Assembly: GCA_963779755.1 (NCBI GenBank)
Contig: CAVZZO010000001.1
Span: 160,001-224,000 of the forward strand
DNA: 64,000 nt
Direction: 5' to 3'
From: an uncultured Gemmatimonadales bacterium
GTDB lineage: Bacteria > Gemmatimonadota > Gemmatimonadetes > Gemmatimonadales > GWC2-71-9
Below the pieces are notes generated by a model. The model did not search any database, was not told the DNA's origin, and was given only the letters and a program-made list of their open reading frames with translations. Both the position numbers and the translations under genes were made by a program. This document shows, one piece after another, positions 18,740 to 29,600 of this stretch (position 1 is the stretch's first letter; each line of letters starts with the position of its first letter).

Positions 18740-20359
18740 CTATTCCCGGCGTTCCAGCTGACCCCGGAACAGCGGCGAAGTCGAAAACGTGAGGCCTTTC
18801 CCGACAACCAGGACCCAACCGGCCCCCTCGGCAGCGTTGGCAAAGCGGCGGGCCAGATCGATCCGGAGCGACTCGACCGCCGAGGACCGGCTGGCGCCGA
18901 GCCGGAGGCCGAGCCCGACATCGGTACCGGTTCGCCGGGGCGAGCCGGCATACCAGGCACCGCCGTAGTCCACGAACGCGGCCAGCCCCACGCCCACCAG
19001 GTCCAGCAGGTCCCGGAAGACGGTCAGCCGGTACTCGGCGGTGGCGTAGAAGGTCCGGTCGCCGGTCAGGGCATGAGCCCGGAAGGCTCGCGGCCCGAGC
19101 CCCAGTCCCAGATCGAACTCCTCGCCCGGCAGGGGCCGGTGGGCCCAGCCGGCATCGGCGTGGAGGAGAATGGTATGACCCCCGCCCGGCTGAAGCACCA
19201 GCGTTCCCGCGGTGAGCACCCGCCCCGAATCCAGGCCCGCCGAGGTCATCAGACCGTTGGCGGCGGCGTCGAGGAACCCGAAGCCGCCGGGGAAACTCAG
19301 GCCGGTCCGGGCGCCCAGCCGGGCGCCCAGGCCGTCCTCCCCGTAACCGAAGGCGCGGGGCGCCCCCAGCAGGCTGAACCGGAGGGTGGTGCTGAGATCC
19401 ACATCCTCCTGCCGGCCGAACCCGGTAAAGCCCCGGGTGACCACATACCGGGCGCGACGCCACTCCAGCCAGGGGCCGAAGCTGCCCGTCACATGATCGG
19501 GAAAGCTGCCGCTGAATCCTTCGGGAACGAAATCATCCCGGCGGACCTGCAGGGTAAACCCGGCGCGCAGGTACCCTTCGGGACCGGAGCGGAGCGCCAG
19601 GCCACCGTCGCCACGCAGCAGGGTATAGCGCCGCTCCAGCGTGTCGCTGGCGACCTCTTCCCCGTTGAAGAAGCGGAGGACACGCTCCCTGCGCGTATCG
19701 AGGACGGTCCCCAGGCTGGTGCGCGACTCGAGATTGAAAAACGGCTGCGACAACTCGGCGACCACCACCGATCCGTCGGAGCGGTCCTCCCAGCTCATTC
19801 CCGCCCGGACGCGGTTGGCGATGAGCCGTGGCTGCAGAAAGCCGACCTCGTAGCTGGTACGATCGACCAGGTGGCGGTACTTCACTCCCACCTGCGTGGC
19901 GGTGCCCACCAGGTTGTCCTCGAAGAACGCCAGCGTGTATTCCACCTGCCCGCCCGTCGAGCGGAATCGGAAATCGGGGCGGGTACTCCAGCCGTCGCGG
20001 GTCACCACCCGTGCCACCAGGCCGCTGTCGGTCCGCACCGAATCCACCGTGACCTGGGTGAAGATACCCAGCCCGCGGAGGTTGCGCTCCGTCTCCGCCG
20101 CCCGGGCCGAATCCCACGCAGCACCCGGCTGCAGCAGTACCTCGCGCCGCACCACGTAGCCGCGGGTGACCACATGCAGCGCGTTGGCGGTGCGGAACAG
20201 CCAGTTGTCGGCCTCGGCCGGGCTGAAGATGTTCTGTCGCTCGATCTGCACGTCCCGCAGCACCGGGGCCGCGGAGTCGCCGCGCGCGGGCGCCTCCTGG
20301 GCGCCCACGAGGGCCGGCGGCGCCAGCCAGAACAGCAGCGTGAGAAGGCGGAACGACAC
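18740..20359 (-). CDS. POTRA + beta-barrel outer-membrane protein (Omp85/BamA-TamA-like)
   Basis: Signal peptide, ETERNLRGLGIF POTRA, RAF...TGDR, AAFVDYG and G.GLR motifs. Confidence 0.85.
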   Translation of the reverse strand: MSFRLLTLLFWLAPPALVGAQEAPARGDSAAPVLRDVQIERQNIFSPAEADNWLFRTANALHVVTRGYVVRREVLLQPGAAWDSARAAETERNLRGLGIFTQVTVDSVRTDSGLVARVVTRDGWSTRPDFRFRSTGGQVEYTLAFFEDNLVGTATQVGVKYRHLVDRTSYEVGFLQPRLIANRVRAGMSWEDRSDGSVVVAELSQPFFNLESRTSLGTVLDTRRERVLRFFNGEEVASDTLERRYTLLRGDGGLALRSGPEGYLRAGFTLQVRRDDFVPEGFSGSFPDHVTGSFGPWLEWRRARYVVTRGFTGFGRQEDVDLSTTLRFSLLGAPRAFGYGEDGLGARLGARTGLSFPGGFGFLDAAANGLMTSAGLDSGRVLTAGTLVLQPGGGHTILLHADAGWAHRPLPGEEFDLGLGLGPRAFRAHALTGDRTFYATAEYRLTVFRDLLDLVGVGLAAFVDYGGAWYAGSPRRTGTDVGLGLRLGASRSSAVESLRIDLARRFANAAEGAGWVLVVGKGLTFSTSPLFRGQLERRE

Positions 20360-20447
20360 GGGATCCTTGCGAGAGTCCGGGGAGCGGAGAAGCAAGATAA
20401 CCGGCGGGAGCCGTGCTGACTGCAGGTGCGATCACCGGCCGCCCGGT

Positions 20448-21236
20448 TTACAGCCGGGCAATGCTCTCCAGCAAGGCGTCGGGCGTCACCTCCGAGCCGG
20501 CAAGCACCTCCGGGCGGAACTTGCCGGTCCGGACCAGGTATCCCCGGAGCCCGGCCCGCTGGGCTCCCTGGACGTCGGTATAGAGGTCATCGCCCACCAT
20601 GACGATCTCCTGCCGGGGCACCTCCGGCGGCAGCTCCAGGCTCGCCACGGCCGCCTGGAAGAACTCCGGGCTGGGCTTTCCCGCCACCCGGGCAGGGCGC
20701 CCGGCGGCGTGCTCCAGCGCCGCGACAAAGGGGCCGGCATCCAGCACCAGCTTGCCGCCCTGCCGCCAGTAGCGGTCCCGCGAGAGGGCAATGAACTCCG
20801 CCCCGGCCTGCAGCAACTCGAACGCCTCCTGGAGAAGAGGGTAGGTCCAGCCCGCACCCAGATCGCCCACAATCAGGGCGGTCGGGAGGCCGGTGGGGGC
20901 GAGGGGTGAGGGAGCGGTGCCGCCCGACAGCGCGAACTGGTCCAGATCCTCCAGCGCCTCCGGGGCGAGATAGGGCGCCAGCCGGGCATGGCCCTCCGCC
21001 CGCGCCAGCAGGGCGCCCGCCCGGACGGCGGTGAAGATCTCCCCCGGCTGCACCTCGAATCCACAGGAGCCGAGCCGGTCCAGCAGCAGCCGCCGCGACC
21101 GGCTCGTGGTATTGGTCAGCAGGCGGAAGGGAGTCCCGGCCCGGCGGAGCCGGTGCAGCAGCTCCACCGCGCCCGGGATGGCCACGCCCTCCTGGTAGAG
21201 GGTTCCGTCCAGGTCCAGGAGGTACGCGGCTGGCAT
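20448..21236 (-). CDS. HAD subfamily IIA hydrolase (LHPP/HDHD2-like)
   Basis: DLDGTL, TNTT, GKP, MVGDD..D and VRTGKF motifs. Confidence 0.92.
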   Translation of the reverse strand: MPAAYLLDLDGTLYQEGVAIPGAVELLHRLRRAGTPFRLLTNTTSRSRRLLLDRLGSCGFEVQPGEIFTAVRAGALLARAEGHARLAPYLAPEALEDLDQFALSGGTAPSPLAPTGLPTALIVGDLGAGWTYPLLQEAFELLQAGAEFIALSRDRYWRQGGKLVLDAGPFVAALEHAAGRPARVAGKPSPEFFQAAVASLELPPEVPRQEIVMVGDDLYTDVQGAQRAGLRGYLVRTGKFRPEVLAGSEVTPDALLESIARL

Positions 21237-21255
21237 GACGGCTCGCGTCCGGGGG

Positions 21256-22635
21256 CTAGTACCGCCCCAGGTAGCTGTCGATCTCCCAGCGGCTCACCTG
21301 GAGATTGTACTGCATCACTTCGGCGCGCTTGGCTTCGAGGAAGCGTTCGGTCAGATGCTCGCCCAGTGCTTCCCGGATGACGCTGTCCTTCTGGAACTTC
21401 TCCAGCGCCTCGTGCAGGTCGCGCGGCAGTTCGTCGATGCGGTACTTGCGCCGGTCGCGGTGGCTCATGGTGAAGATGTTGCGATTGACCGGTTCGCGGG
21501 CCTTGAGCTTCCGGGTGACGCCGTCGAGCCCGGCCGCCAGCTGCACCGTGAGCGCCAGATAGGGGTTGGCCGAAGGGTCCGGCATGCGCAGCTCGCACCG
21601 GGTGCCCAGGCCCCGCCGGTCGGGGATGCGCACCAGAGGCGAGCGGTTGCGCATGGACCAGGCAACGTTCACCGGCGCCTCATAGCCCGGCACCAGCCGC
21701 TTGTAGCTGTTCACCAGGGGGTTGGTGATGGCGCAGAATCCGGCGGCATGCTGCAGCAGCCCCTCGATGTAGCTCAGGGCGACTTTCGAAAGCTGGTGAT
21801 CGCCCTTCTGATCGAAGAACGCGTTGTCCTTGCCCTTGAACAGCGACTGGTGGGTGTGCATGCCGCTGCCGTTCTGTCCCTGGATCGGCTTGGGCATGAA
21901 GGAAGCGACGAAGCCGTGGCGCTGGGCCACGTTGCGGACCACGAAGCGGAAGGTGGCCAGGTTGTCGGCGGTGGTGAGGGCATCGGCGTACTTGAAGTCG
22001 ATCTCGTGCTGCCCCGGCGCCACCTCATGATGCGCCGCCTCCACCTCGAACCCCATGTCCTCGAGCTGCTCCACGATGATCCGGCGGATCTCCTCGCCCC
22101 GGTCCACCGGGGTCAGATCGAAATACGCACCGGAATCGTGGGTGTTGGTCGTGATGCCCCCCTCGGGCGTGGTTTCGAAGAGGAAAAACTCCGCCTCGCA
22201 ACCCGCCATCATGGTGTAGCCCACCTTGCGGGCCTTCTCCAGCTGGCGCTTGAGCGTCATCCGGGGGCAGCCGGCGAAGGCGGTGCCGTCGGGGGTGTAG
22301 ATGTCGCACAGCAGCCGGGCCACCCGGCCGCCCTGGTCTTCGTAGGGCAGTAGCCGGAAGGTGTCGAGCTCCGGGCGCAGCAGCATGTCGCTTTCCTCGA
22401 TCCGCACGAACCCTTCGATCGAGGATCCATCGAACATGATCTCCCCCTCCAGCGCCTTCTCGAACTGGCTGCGGGGCACTTCCACGTTCTTGTTGATGCC
22501 GAGGATGTCGGTAAACTGCAGACGCAGGAAATCCACCTGAAATTCATTCACCAGTTTCAGGATATCGGACTTCCTGCTGCCGTTGAGCTGGCGGGGAAAG
22601 GCCTTGAGCTGGGGCCGGGAGCCGGGCGCGGGCAT
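21256..22635 (-). CDS. glnA: Glutamine synthetase type I
   Basis: FDGSSIEGF, HHEVAPGQHE, FMPKP...NGSGMH, NSYKRLVPGYEAP and E.R.PDP.ANPY motifs. Confidence 0.97.
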   Translation of the reverse strand: MPAPGSRPQLKAFPRQLNGSRKSDILKLVNEFQVDFLRLQFTDILGINKNVEVPRSQFEKALEGEIMFDGSSIEGFVRIEESDMLLRPELDTFRLLPYEDQGGRVARLLCDIYTPDGTAFAGCPRMTLKRQLEKARKVGYTMMAGCEAEFFLFETTPEGGITTNTHDSGAYFDLTPVDRGEEIRRIIVEQLEDMGFEVEAAHHEVAPGQHEIDFKYADALTTADNLATFRFVVRNVAQRHGFVASFMPKPIQGQNGSGMHTHQSLFKGKDNAFFDQKGDHQLSKVALSYIEGLLQHAAGFCAITNPLVNSYKRLVPGYEAPVNVAWSMRNRSPLVRIPDRRGLGTRCELRMPDPSANPYLALTVQLAAGLDGVTRKLKAREPVNRNIFTMSHRDRRKYRIDELPRDLHEALEKFQKDSVIREALGEHLTERFLEAKRAEVMQYNLQVSRWEIDSYLGRY

Positions 22636-22679
22636 GAGGACCTTCAGGGATAAGGGGGAACCGGTGGCGGACGGGCGGG

Positions 22680-22708
22680 AATGTACCACTGCACACCGGG
22701 GAATGCAA
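22680..22708 (-). promoter_or_regulatory. Sigma70-type promoter of glnA
   Basis: Reverse complement TTGCAT-17 bp-TACATT with an extended TG. Confidence 0.6.
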
Positions 22709-22770
22709 AAAGTGCTGGAAAATGGGAACGTCTCTGCCGGGAATACGGGGAAAGGCTCCCGTCGACATAG

Positions 22771-22795
22771 AATTTGTGCAGAATGGGCACAAATT
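22771..22795. promoter_or_regulatory. Palindromic operator upstream of glnA
   Basis: AATTTGTGC-N7-GCACAAATT perfect inverted repeat. Confidence 0.6.
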
Positions 22796-22853
22796 GATGG
22801 AAAAGGAAAGCGGGGAAGGGCGGCCAATCCCCTTCCCGCTTCCCTTTCCCCCA

Positions 22854-22912
22854 CCTGCCGCCTTGCCGTCCTGCCGCCTTGCCGTCCTGCCGTCCTGCCG
22901 CCTTGCCGTCCT
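22854..22912 (-). repeat. Degenerate octamer tandem repeat (GGCAGGAC family, about 7 copies)
   Basis: cctgccgc/cttgccgt/cctgccgt units following a stop codon. Confidence 0.85.
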
Positions 22913-23189
22913 ACGACAGGCTCTCCAGCAGCTTCCACAGCTCGGCCGCGCTGAATTCGCCGAAGCGGTTCAGCACGTCCTGATCCGACCATTCCAGGAA
23001 GATCCAGGCGGTACTGCGGCGGCGGGTTCCCTGCGCGAAGAGCAGTCGTCCGGCGACGAGGTCGCCGTCGGGGCGAGTTTCCAGATAAACGCTCCAGCGC
23101 ACGTCGCTGCGAGCGAGATCGCCCAGGTGGTGGGCGGCGGGTGCGTCGGGCAGGCGGGCGGGCGGTGCGATGGCGTCCGGCTGTCCCAT
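22911..23189 (-). CDS. Hypothetical protein (92 aa)
   Basis: GGAGG before ATG. Natural composition, ending ELWKLLESLS. Confidence 0.75.
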   Translation of the reverse strand: MGQPDAIAPPARLPDAPAAHHLGDLARSDVRWSVYLETRPDGDLVAGRLLFAQGTRRRSTAWIFLEWSDQDVLNRFGEFSAAELWKLLESLS

Positions 23190-23288
23190 GGCGGCCTCCG
23201 GGGTTGCCTTTCACGGTAACGGGAGAGCCGTGCGGGCGCCAGCCGCCGCGGTGTACCGCCGCCCGCCGCCCCCTTAGATTCCGCCGCC

Positions 23289-24077
23289 ATGCTCCCCACC
23301 TTCTGCTCCGCCTGCGGCGCCACCGCGCAGGGCGGCAACTTCTGCAGCGCCTGCGGCGCCCCACTGGCCACCGGGTCCTGCCCGTCCTGCGGGACCACGC
23401 TGAGCCCGGGCGCGCGGTTTTGCCATCTCTGCGGAGAGACTGTCGGCGGGCGGGTGGCCCCCAGCCGCGAGCGTACCGCCTGGACCGCGGCGGCCACCGC
23501 CTGCGTCGCGCTGCTGGCGGTCATCATCTGGTGGGTGATCCGCGATGCCCCGGCCCCGGAGGTGCCCGACATGGCCAATCCGGGTACGGCGGCCGCAGCG
23601 GCGAACGCCCCGGGCGGCCTCAGCACCACGGCCTCGGACATCAGCAGCATGAGCCGCCGGGAGCAGTTCGACCGGCTCTACAGCCGGGTCTCGGCCGCCG
23701 CTGCCGCGGGAGACTCCGCCCAGGTGGTAATGTTCCTGCCCATGGCCCTGGGTGCGTATGCCCGGCTCGATACCATCAATGCGTCGGCGCGATTTCAGGC
23801 GGCGATCCTGTATCTGGGCGCCGGCCAGGACGCCGCCGCCCGCGCGCTGGCGGACACCATCGCCGCCAACGGGCAAGGCACTCTCTACGCCGACGCGATT
23901 CGCGCCACGGTGGAGGACATCCAGGGCGACAGCGCCGCCACCCGGCGCAGTTATCGCGATTTTCTCAGCCGCTACGATGCCGAGCTGCGCAGCAACGCCA
24001 ACGTCTACGCCAGCCACCTGAACGAACTCTCCGACTTCCGCATCCGGGCGCAGGCCACCTTGAAGTCCGGGTCCTGA
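23289..24077 (+). CDS. Double zinc-ribbon membrane protein
   Basis: Four CxxCG motifs, a TM helix and a helical extracytoplasmic domain. Confidence 0.85.
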   Translation: MLPTFCSACGATAQGGNFCSACGAPLATGSCPSCGTTLSPGARFCHLCGETVGGRVAPSRERTAWTAAATACVALLAVIIWWVIRDAPAPEVPDMANPGTAAAAANAPGGLSTTASDISSMSRREQFDRLYSRVSAAAAAGDSAQVVMFLPMALGAYARLDTINASARFQAAILYLGAGQDAAARALADTIAANGQGTLYADAIRATVEDIQGDSAATRRSYRDFLSRYDAELRSNANVYASHLNELSDFRIRAQATLKSGS

Positions 24078-24112
24078 TTCCCGTTTCCCCTTTTCCCGTT
24101 TCCCCGCTGCTC

Positions 24113-24970
24113 ATGCCTCGCACCATCCACGTCGCCCACAGCCCCGATTCCGACGATGCGTTCATGTTCTACGCACTCGCGGAAGGGAAGCTCGATACCG
24201 GCAGCCTCCGCTACGAACATGAGCTCTCTGATATCGAATCGCTCAACCAGCGGGCCTTGCGCGGCGAGCTCGAAGTCACCGCCGTTTCCATTCACGCCTA
24301 TGCCCATCTGCACCGGCAGTACGCCCTGCTGGGTAGCGGGTCCTCCATGGGCGACGGCTACGGCCCCCGGCTGGTCTCCCGTGCCGAGCGTCCCGGCGAT
24401 CCCCGCTCGGCCCTGCGGGGGCAGCGGGTTGCCATCCCGGGCCGGCTGACCACCGCCTGGCTGGCGCTGCAGCTCTACCAGCCCGAGGTGGAGGCGGTCG
24501 TGGTCCCGTTCGACCAGATCGAGGATGCCGTGGCGCGGGGCGAGGTTGAGGTGGGGCTTCTGATCCACGAGGGCCAGCTCACCTATGGCGACGCCGGGTT
24601 CCACCTGTGGGAAGACCTCGGCGCCTGGTGGCTGGGCGACACCGGCTTGCCCCTCCCGCTGGGCGGCAACGTGGTTCGCCGCGATCTGGGCCGGGACGTG
24701 GTCCACCAGATCGCCCGCGACCTCCGGGCCAGCATCCAGTACGGCCTGGCGCACCGGGCCTCGGCCCTGGCCCACGCGCGGCAGTACAGCCGCGGCCTTA
24801 CGGAGGAGCGGACCGACGCCTTTGTGGGGATGTATGTCAACGAGTGGACCCTGGACTACGGTCCCCGCGGGCGCGCCGCGGTACAGGCGCTGCTCGACCG
24901 GGCCTGGGACGCGGGCCTGATTCCCGGGCAGGTGACCGCCGAGTTCGTCGACGGGGAGCCGATTTCTTGA
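24113..24970 (+). CDS. mqnD: MqnA/MqnD-family futalosine-pathway menaquinone enzyme (MqnD-like)
   Basis: HSPDSDD.FMF, DIE.LN, G.GYGP, AIPG..TTA, LIHEG and LPLPLG motifs. Confidence 0.85.
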   Translation: MPRTIHVAHSPDSDDAFMFYALAEGKLDTGSLRYEHELSDIESLNQRALRGELEVTAVSIHAYAHLHRQYALLGSGSSMGDGYGPRLVSRAERPGDPRSALRGQRVAIPGRLTTAWLALQLYQPEVEAVVVPFDQIEDAVARGEVEVGLLIHEGQLTYGDAGFHLWEDLGAWWLGDTGLPLPLGGNVVRRDLGRDVVHQIARDLRASIQYGLAHRASALAHARQYSRGLTEERTDAFVGMYVNEWTLDYGPRGRAAVQALLDRAWDAGLIPGQVTAEFVDGEPIS

Positions 24971-25066
24971 CGGTCTTCGAAGCCCCCGGTACCTTCTCTG
25001 CAATACGGCGGCCTGCCCGGTGGCCTCTTCCGGCAGCCGCCGTTCACCTCTCAGCACCCGAGTAGA

Positions 25067-26125
25067 ATGACCCAGGGCCCCACCACGGTACTCGTCGTCG
25101 ACGACGAAGAGCCGATTCGCACCGCGCTCCGCAAGTACCTCACACAGCAGGGGTACGAGGTCAGCACGGCCGCGAACGGCGAGGAGGCCCTCGCGGTGCT
25201 GCAGCGGCAGAAGATCGCCTGTATGCTGCTCGACGTCCGCATGCCCGGCATCAGCGGGGTCGACCTGGTCCCGCGGGTGATGGAAATCGAGCCCAACATC
25301 GCACTCCTCATGCTGACCGCGGTGAACGACGCCACCAGCGCCGCCCTGTGCATGCAGCGGGGCGCCCTGGACTATCTCACCAAGCCGGTCGAACTCTTCG
25401 AGCTGGAGCGCGCGGTCCAACGGGCCCTGAAGCGGCGCGGCACCGCGCTGGAGCAGCAGAATCTCAACCATTGGCTCAAGGAGGAGGTCGCCCTGCGCAC
25501 CGCCGAGGTGCGCAGCGAGCGGGCCAAGCTGGAGCGCCTCTCCGTCGCCACCCTGGAAACGCTGGTCAATGCGCTCGAGGCCAAGGATCCCTACCTCCGC
25601 GGCCACTCCGCCCGTATCGCCGACCTGTCGGCCAGCATCGCCGCCGAGATGGGACTGCCGGATGAAACGGTCGAATCCATCCGCACCGCCGGCCGGCTGC
25701 ACGACATCGGCAAGATCGGCATCCGGGAGGAGATCCTCAACAAGGAAGGGCCGCTGACCGCCGCGGAGTACGAGCAAGTCAAGCAGCACGTGCTGGTGGG
25801 CTCGCAGATCCTGGCTCCCCTGGCGCACCTGCGCGACATCCTGGGGTACGTCCGCAGCCATCACGAGCGCTGGGACGGCAAGGGCTATCCCGACGGGCTG
25901 CGGGATGCCGCGATCCCGGTCGGCGCCCGGATCATCGGCACGGCCGAGATCTACGATGCCCTTACCACCAGCCGGCCCTACCAGGAAAAAATGCTCCCCG
26001 AGATGGCCGTCGAGCGCATGCGCGATCTGACCGGCACCGTGCTCGATCCCGACGTGCATACCGCGCTCGAGGCCGTGGTGAAGCGCCGCCAGGCGCTGGT
26101 CTTTCTCGACGAAGAAAAGACCTGA
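25067..26125 (+). CDS. Response regulator with HD-GYP c-di-GMP phosphodiesterase domain
   Basis: Receiver domain plus GHS.R, LHDIGK, HHERWDGKGYP and RPY motifs. Confidence 0.95.
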   Translation: MTQGPTTVLVVDDEEPIRTALRKYLTQQGYEVSTAANGEEALAVLQRQKIACMLLDVRMPGISGVDLVPRVMEIEPNIALLMLTAVNDATSAALCMQRGALDYLTKPVELFELERAVQRALKRRGTALEQQNLNHWLKEEVALRTAEVRSERAKLERLSVATLETLVNALEAKDPYLRGHSARIADLSASIAAEMGLPDETVESIRTAGRLHDIGKIGIREEILNKEGPLTAAEYEQVKQHVLVGSQILAPLAHLRDILGYVRSHHERWDGKGYPDGLRDAAIPVGARIIGTAEIYDALTTSRPYQEKMLPEMAVERMRDLTGTVLDPDVHTALEAVVKRRQALVFLDEEKT

Positions 26126-26242
26126 TCCCGGCCCCAATGGCCGCCGCCGGACCACGAGGCCTCCCCGCGGGACGGCCTCGTTCCGTTCACGCGCCGGAAG
26201 AGGTAGGTTTCCGGATTCTCTCTCCTCCCGCATGGAGCGCCC

Positions 26243-26614
26243 ATGCCGAAGGTGATCCTCGTCATAGAAGACGATCCCGCGCAGCGGCGATTGATCGAGG
26301 GAATGCTGGGCGCCTCGGGCTACCGTACCGCGAGTGCTTCCGACGGCGACAGCGGGCTGGCCGCGGCCCGCGCCCGCACTCCAGATTTGATCATCCTCGA
26401 TGTCATGATGCCCGGGCGTAATGGATACCAGACGTGCCGCGCCCTCCGGGCCGAGGAAGCCACCCGGCAGGTCCCGATCCTGATCCTGACCGCCAAGGAA
26501 CAGGAGACCGACCGGTTCTGGGCCGCCCAGGTGGGCTCGTCCGGCTTCCTGCGGAAGCCGGTCGAACCAGCCGAATTGCTGGATGCCGTCGCCGGGCTGC
26601 TGGGCCGGCCGTGA
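26243..26614 (+). CDS. Single-domain response regulator (PilH/CheY-like)
   Basis: EDD, LDVMMP..NGY, LTAK.QETDRFW and KP motifs. Confidence 0.92.
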   Translation: MPKVILVIEDDPAQRRLIEGMLGASGYRTASASDGDSGLAAARARTPDLIILDVMMPGRNGYQTCRALRAEEATRQVPILILTAKEQETDRFWAAQVGSSGFLRKPVEPAELLDAVAGLLGRP

Positions 26615-29600
26615 GCTTTCTCGACGTCATTCTGGTCGCCGCGGCCGCTATCGCGGCGATCGCCATCATCGCCGTACTTACCTGGCTGCTCTACACCAGC
26701 TATCTCAACCGGCTGGAGCACCGGCTCGCGGTCCGCAAGGGATTCTACCGGGACACCGTGGCCGGCATGGCCGCGCGCGACCGCGCGCTGCTGGAACCCG
26801 TGCTGCACCAGATTTCCACCTATCGGGATTTCGAAGCGCTGGAGGCGGTGCTGGAGGAGCAGGCGCGGGGCGCCACCGAACGGCCCGCCTGGCTGCTCGA
26901 CACCTACGACCGGCTCGGGCTGGTGGACAAGTACATCCGCCAGGTGCGGGAAGGCCGGCGCTGGCGCGAACGGGCGTTCGCGGCGGAGTTGCTGGGCCGG
27001 GTCGGGAATGCCAAGGCGGTGGGACCGCTGCTGGAGACGGTCCAGGCAACCCGGGCGGAGGACGCCGATGTGCGGGAGATCGCCTTGCGCGCCCTGGCCC
27101 GCATCGCCGATCCCCGCGCGGTGCCGCCGCTGGCTGAGGCGCTCCGGCGCGCGGAGGTCTGGCTCGCCCCGCGGATCGCGGATATCCTGGCCCGCCACGG
27201 CGAAGTCGTGGTAGACCCGATGATCGCCTTCCTGGAGGAACGAAGCCAGCATCCCGCCCGTGCCTGGGCGGCGAATATCCTGGGCGAAGTCAGGGCGGTG
27301 CGCGCCTTTCCCACCCTGGTCCGTGCGCTGGACGACCTGGACGACGAGGTGCGGGCCAAGTCCGCCACCGCCCTCGGCAAGCTGCACGATCAGCGTGCGA
27401 TCACCTATCTGCTCGATCACCTGCTGACCGACCCCGCGCCCTTTGTCCGGGCGCGCATCGCCAGCGCGCTGGGCCGGTTCAACGACCCCGAGGTCATCGA
27501 TACCCTGGTGCGCGCCCTGGGCGATCCCGCCTGGTGGGTCCGCATGCGCAGCGTCGAAGCCCTGGAGCAGATCGGGGCGGTCGCCGAGGCGCCGCTCATG
27601 CTGGCCCTGGATGACACCGATCCGGAAATCCGCATCCGTGCCGCCGTGGCGCTGGAACGTCTGGGCGTCCCCAACCGGCTGATCGGGCAGATCGAAAGTG
27701 GCACCGCCTCGCCCGAGGTCGGCGAAATCCTTACCAAATTCGGCCTGGCGGGCGCGCGGGAGCTGCTGGCCGAGCAGCTGCAGCACCCCTCTCCGCTGGT
27801 GCGGCGGGCGGTCATTGAAGCCATTCAGCGCGCCGGACGCCGCGACCTCGCTCCGGAGCTCACCCAGGTCGCGCGGCACGACGACGATCCCTCCCTCCGT
27901 GCCTTTGCCTTCGAGACCTTGCGGCACCTGGGGGCCAGCGAAGCCGTGCCCACGGCGCTGGAAGGGCTGGGTGATCCTCATCGGGACGTCCGCACGGCGG
28001 CGATGCGGCTGGTCGGCGATCTGGGCGAGGCGGAGGTGGCCGACATGATCCGCCCTCGCACCACCGACAAGGAACCGGTGGTGCGCGCCGCGGCCGCCCG
28101 CGCACTGGGGCAGCTGCATGCGCGCGATGCCCAGCCCGAGTTGGCGCGGCTGCTGAAAGATCCGGTCCCCGAAGTACGCGCCGCCGCCACCGACGGCGTG
28201 GCGGACAGCAACGGCACCTGGGGCGTCCCCGAGCTGGGGCACCTGCTGGGCGATGCCGATCCCGCCGTGCGAAGCGGCGCGGCCCGGGCGCTCGGCCGGG
28301 TGGGGGACGCTTCCGTGCTGCCCGCCCTGCTGCGCAGCTTTCAGACCGGAACACCCGAGCTGCGCGAAGTCATCGCCGATGCCGTCGCCCGCCTCGACCC
28401 GGCCGCACTGCCGGGCCTGCTCGACGTGCTCATCGCCGCCGGCGACCGGGACTCCCGTCTGGGCGTGGTACGGATTCTCACCGGTATCGACACCCCCGCC
28501 AGCCTCGACCTGCTGGAGGTCGTCTGGCACGACCACAGCCCGGAGGTACGGGCGCTGACGGTGGATGCCCTTGCCCGGCTGGGGAGCGATCGCGCCGCCG
28601 GTCTTCTGGGCCAGGGGCTGCAGGATCCCGATGCCACGGTACGGGCCCGCACGGCCGACGCCCTGGCCCGGCTGGGCCGCGCCGAGTTCGGGCCTGCCCT
28701 GCGTTCCCTGCTGGCCGACGACCCCGCCCCACGCGTGCGGGAGCGGGCCGCCCTGGCGGTGGGCGCCCTGCAGGTCCCCGGCGGCGAGGCAGCCCTGCTC
28801 CACGCCTGCCGGGCGGACGAGCCGCTCTCGGTGCGGGCCGCCGCGGCGCTGGCCGTCGGCGCCTACGATCAGGAGAGCATCGTGGCCCAGGTGGTCGGCA
28901 TGGTAGACGAGGAGCCGGTACGGGAACACCTGCGCGACTGCCTTCGCGATGATCCGGGTTACCGGGTCATTCGCGAGCGGCTGCGCGAGGCGCGGCAGGT
29001 CGAGCTGCGCGCGCTGGGCAGCCTCAACCGCGACCAGATGGAAGCCTCCCTGGTGGAAGGCATGCGCTCGGTGCTCGAGGCCGGTGAGCGGGTGCGCCTG
29101 ATCGGGGCGCTCCACGCCTTCCAGGGCGAGCGCAGCCGGCGCGCCCTGCTGTATTCCGTTCGGAACGACCCCGACCCCGAGGTGCGCGCCGCCGCGCTGA
29201 GCGCGGTGGGCGGGATGCTCGAGGCAGGAGAGCTGGTGCTCACGGCGCGGCGCGCCGTGTCCGACCCCCACCCCGCCGTGCGCCGGGTGGCGGTCACCCT
29301 CTTCTCCCGGGTGCCGCCCGAGGAGGCGCTGCCGGTCCTGATCCGCGTGGTGCGCCCCGGCGACGAGGACCCCGCGCTGCTGCAGACCATCGCCGCGCAT
29401 GCCGAGCAGGCGTTCGATACCTTCGTGGACCTGACCCTGGGATTGGCCCAGTCCGGCCGGGAGGGACTCGTCGTCACCCGCGTGGCGCGCTATATCCATC
29501 ATGCCGGGCTGCGCAATCTGCTGCCGCCGCTGGCCCGGAGTGCGGTGCCGGAAGTGCGGGAAGGACTGGCGCGCCTCTGGTGGCAGCGGCCGGAGCTGGC

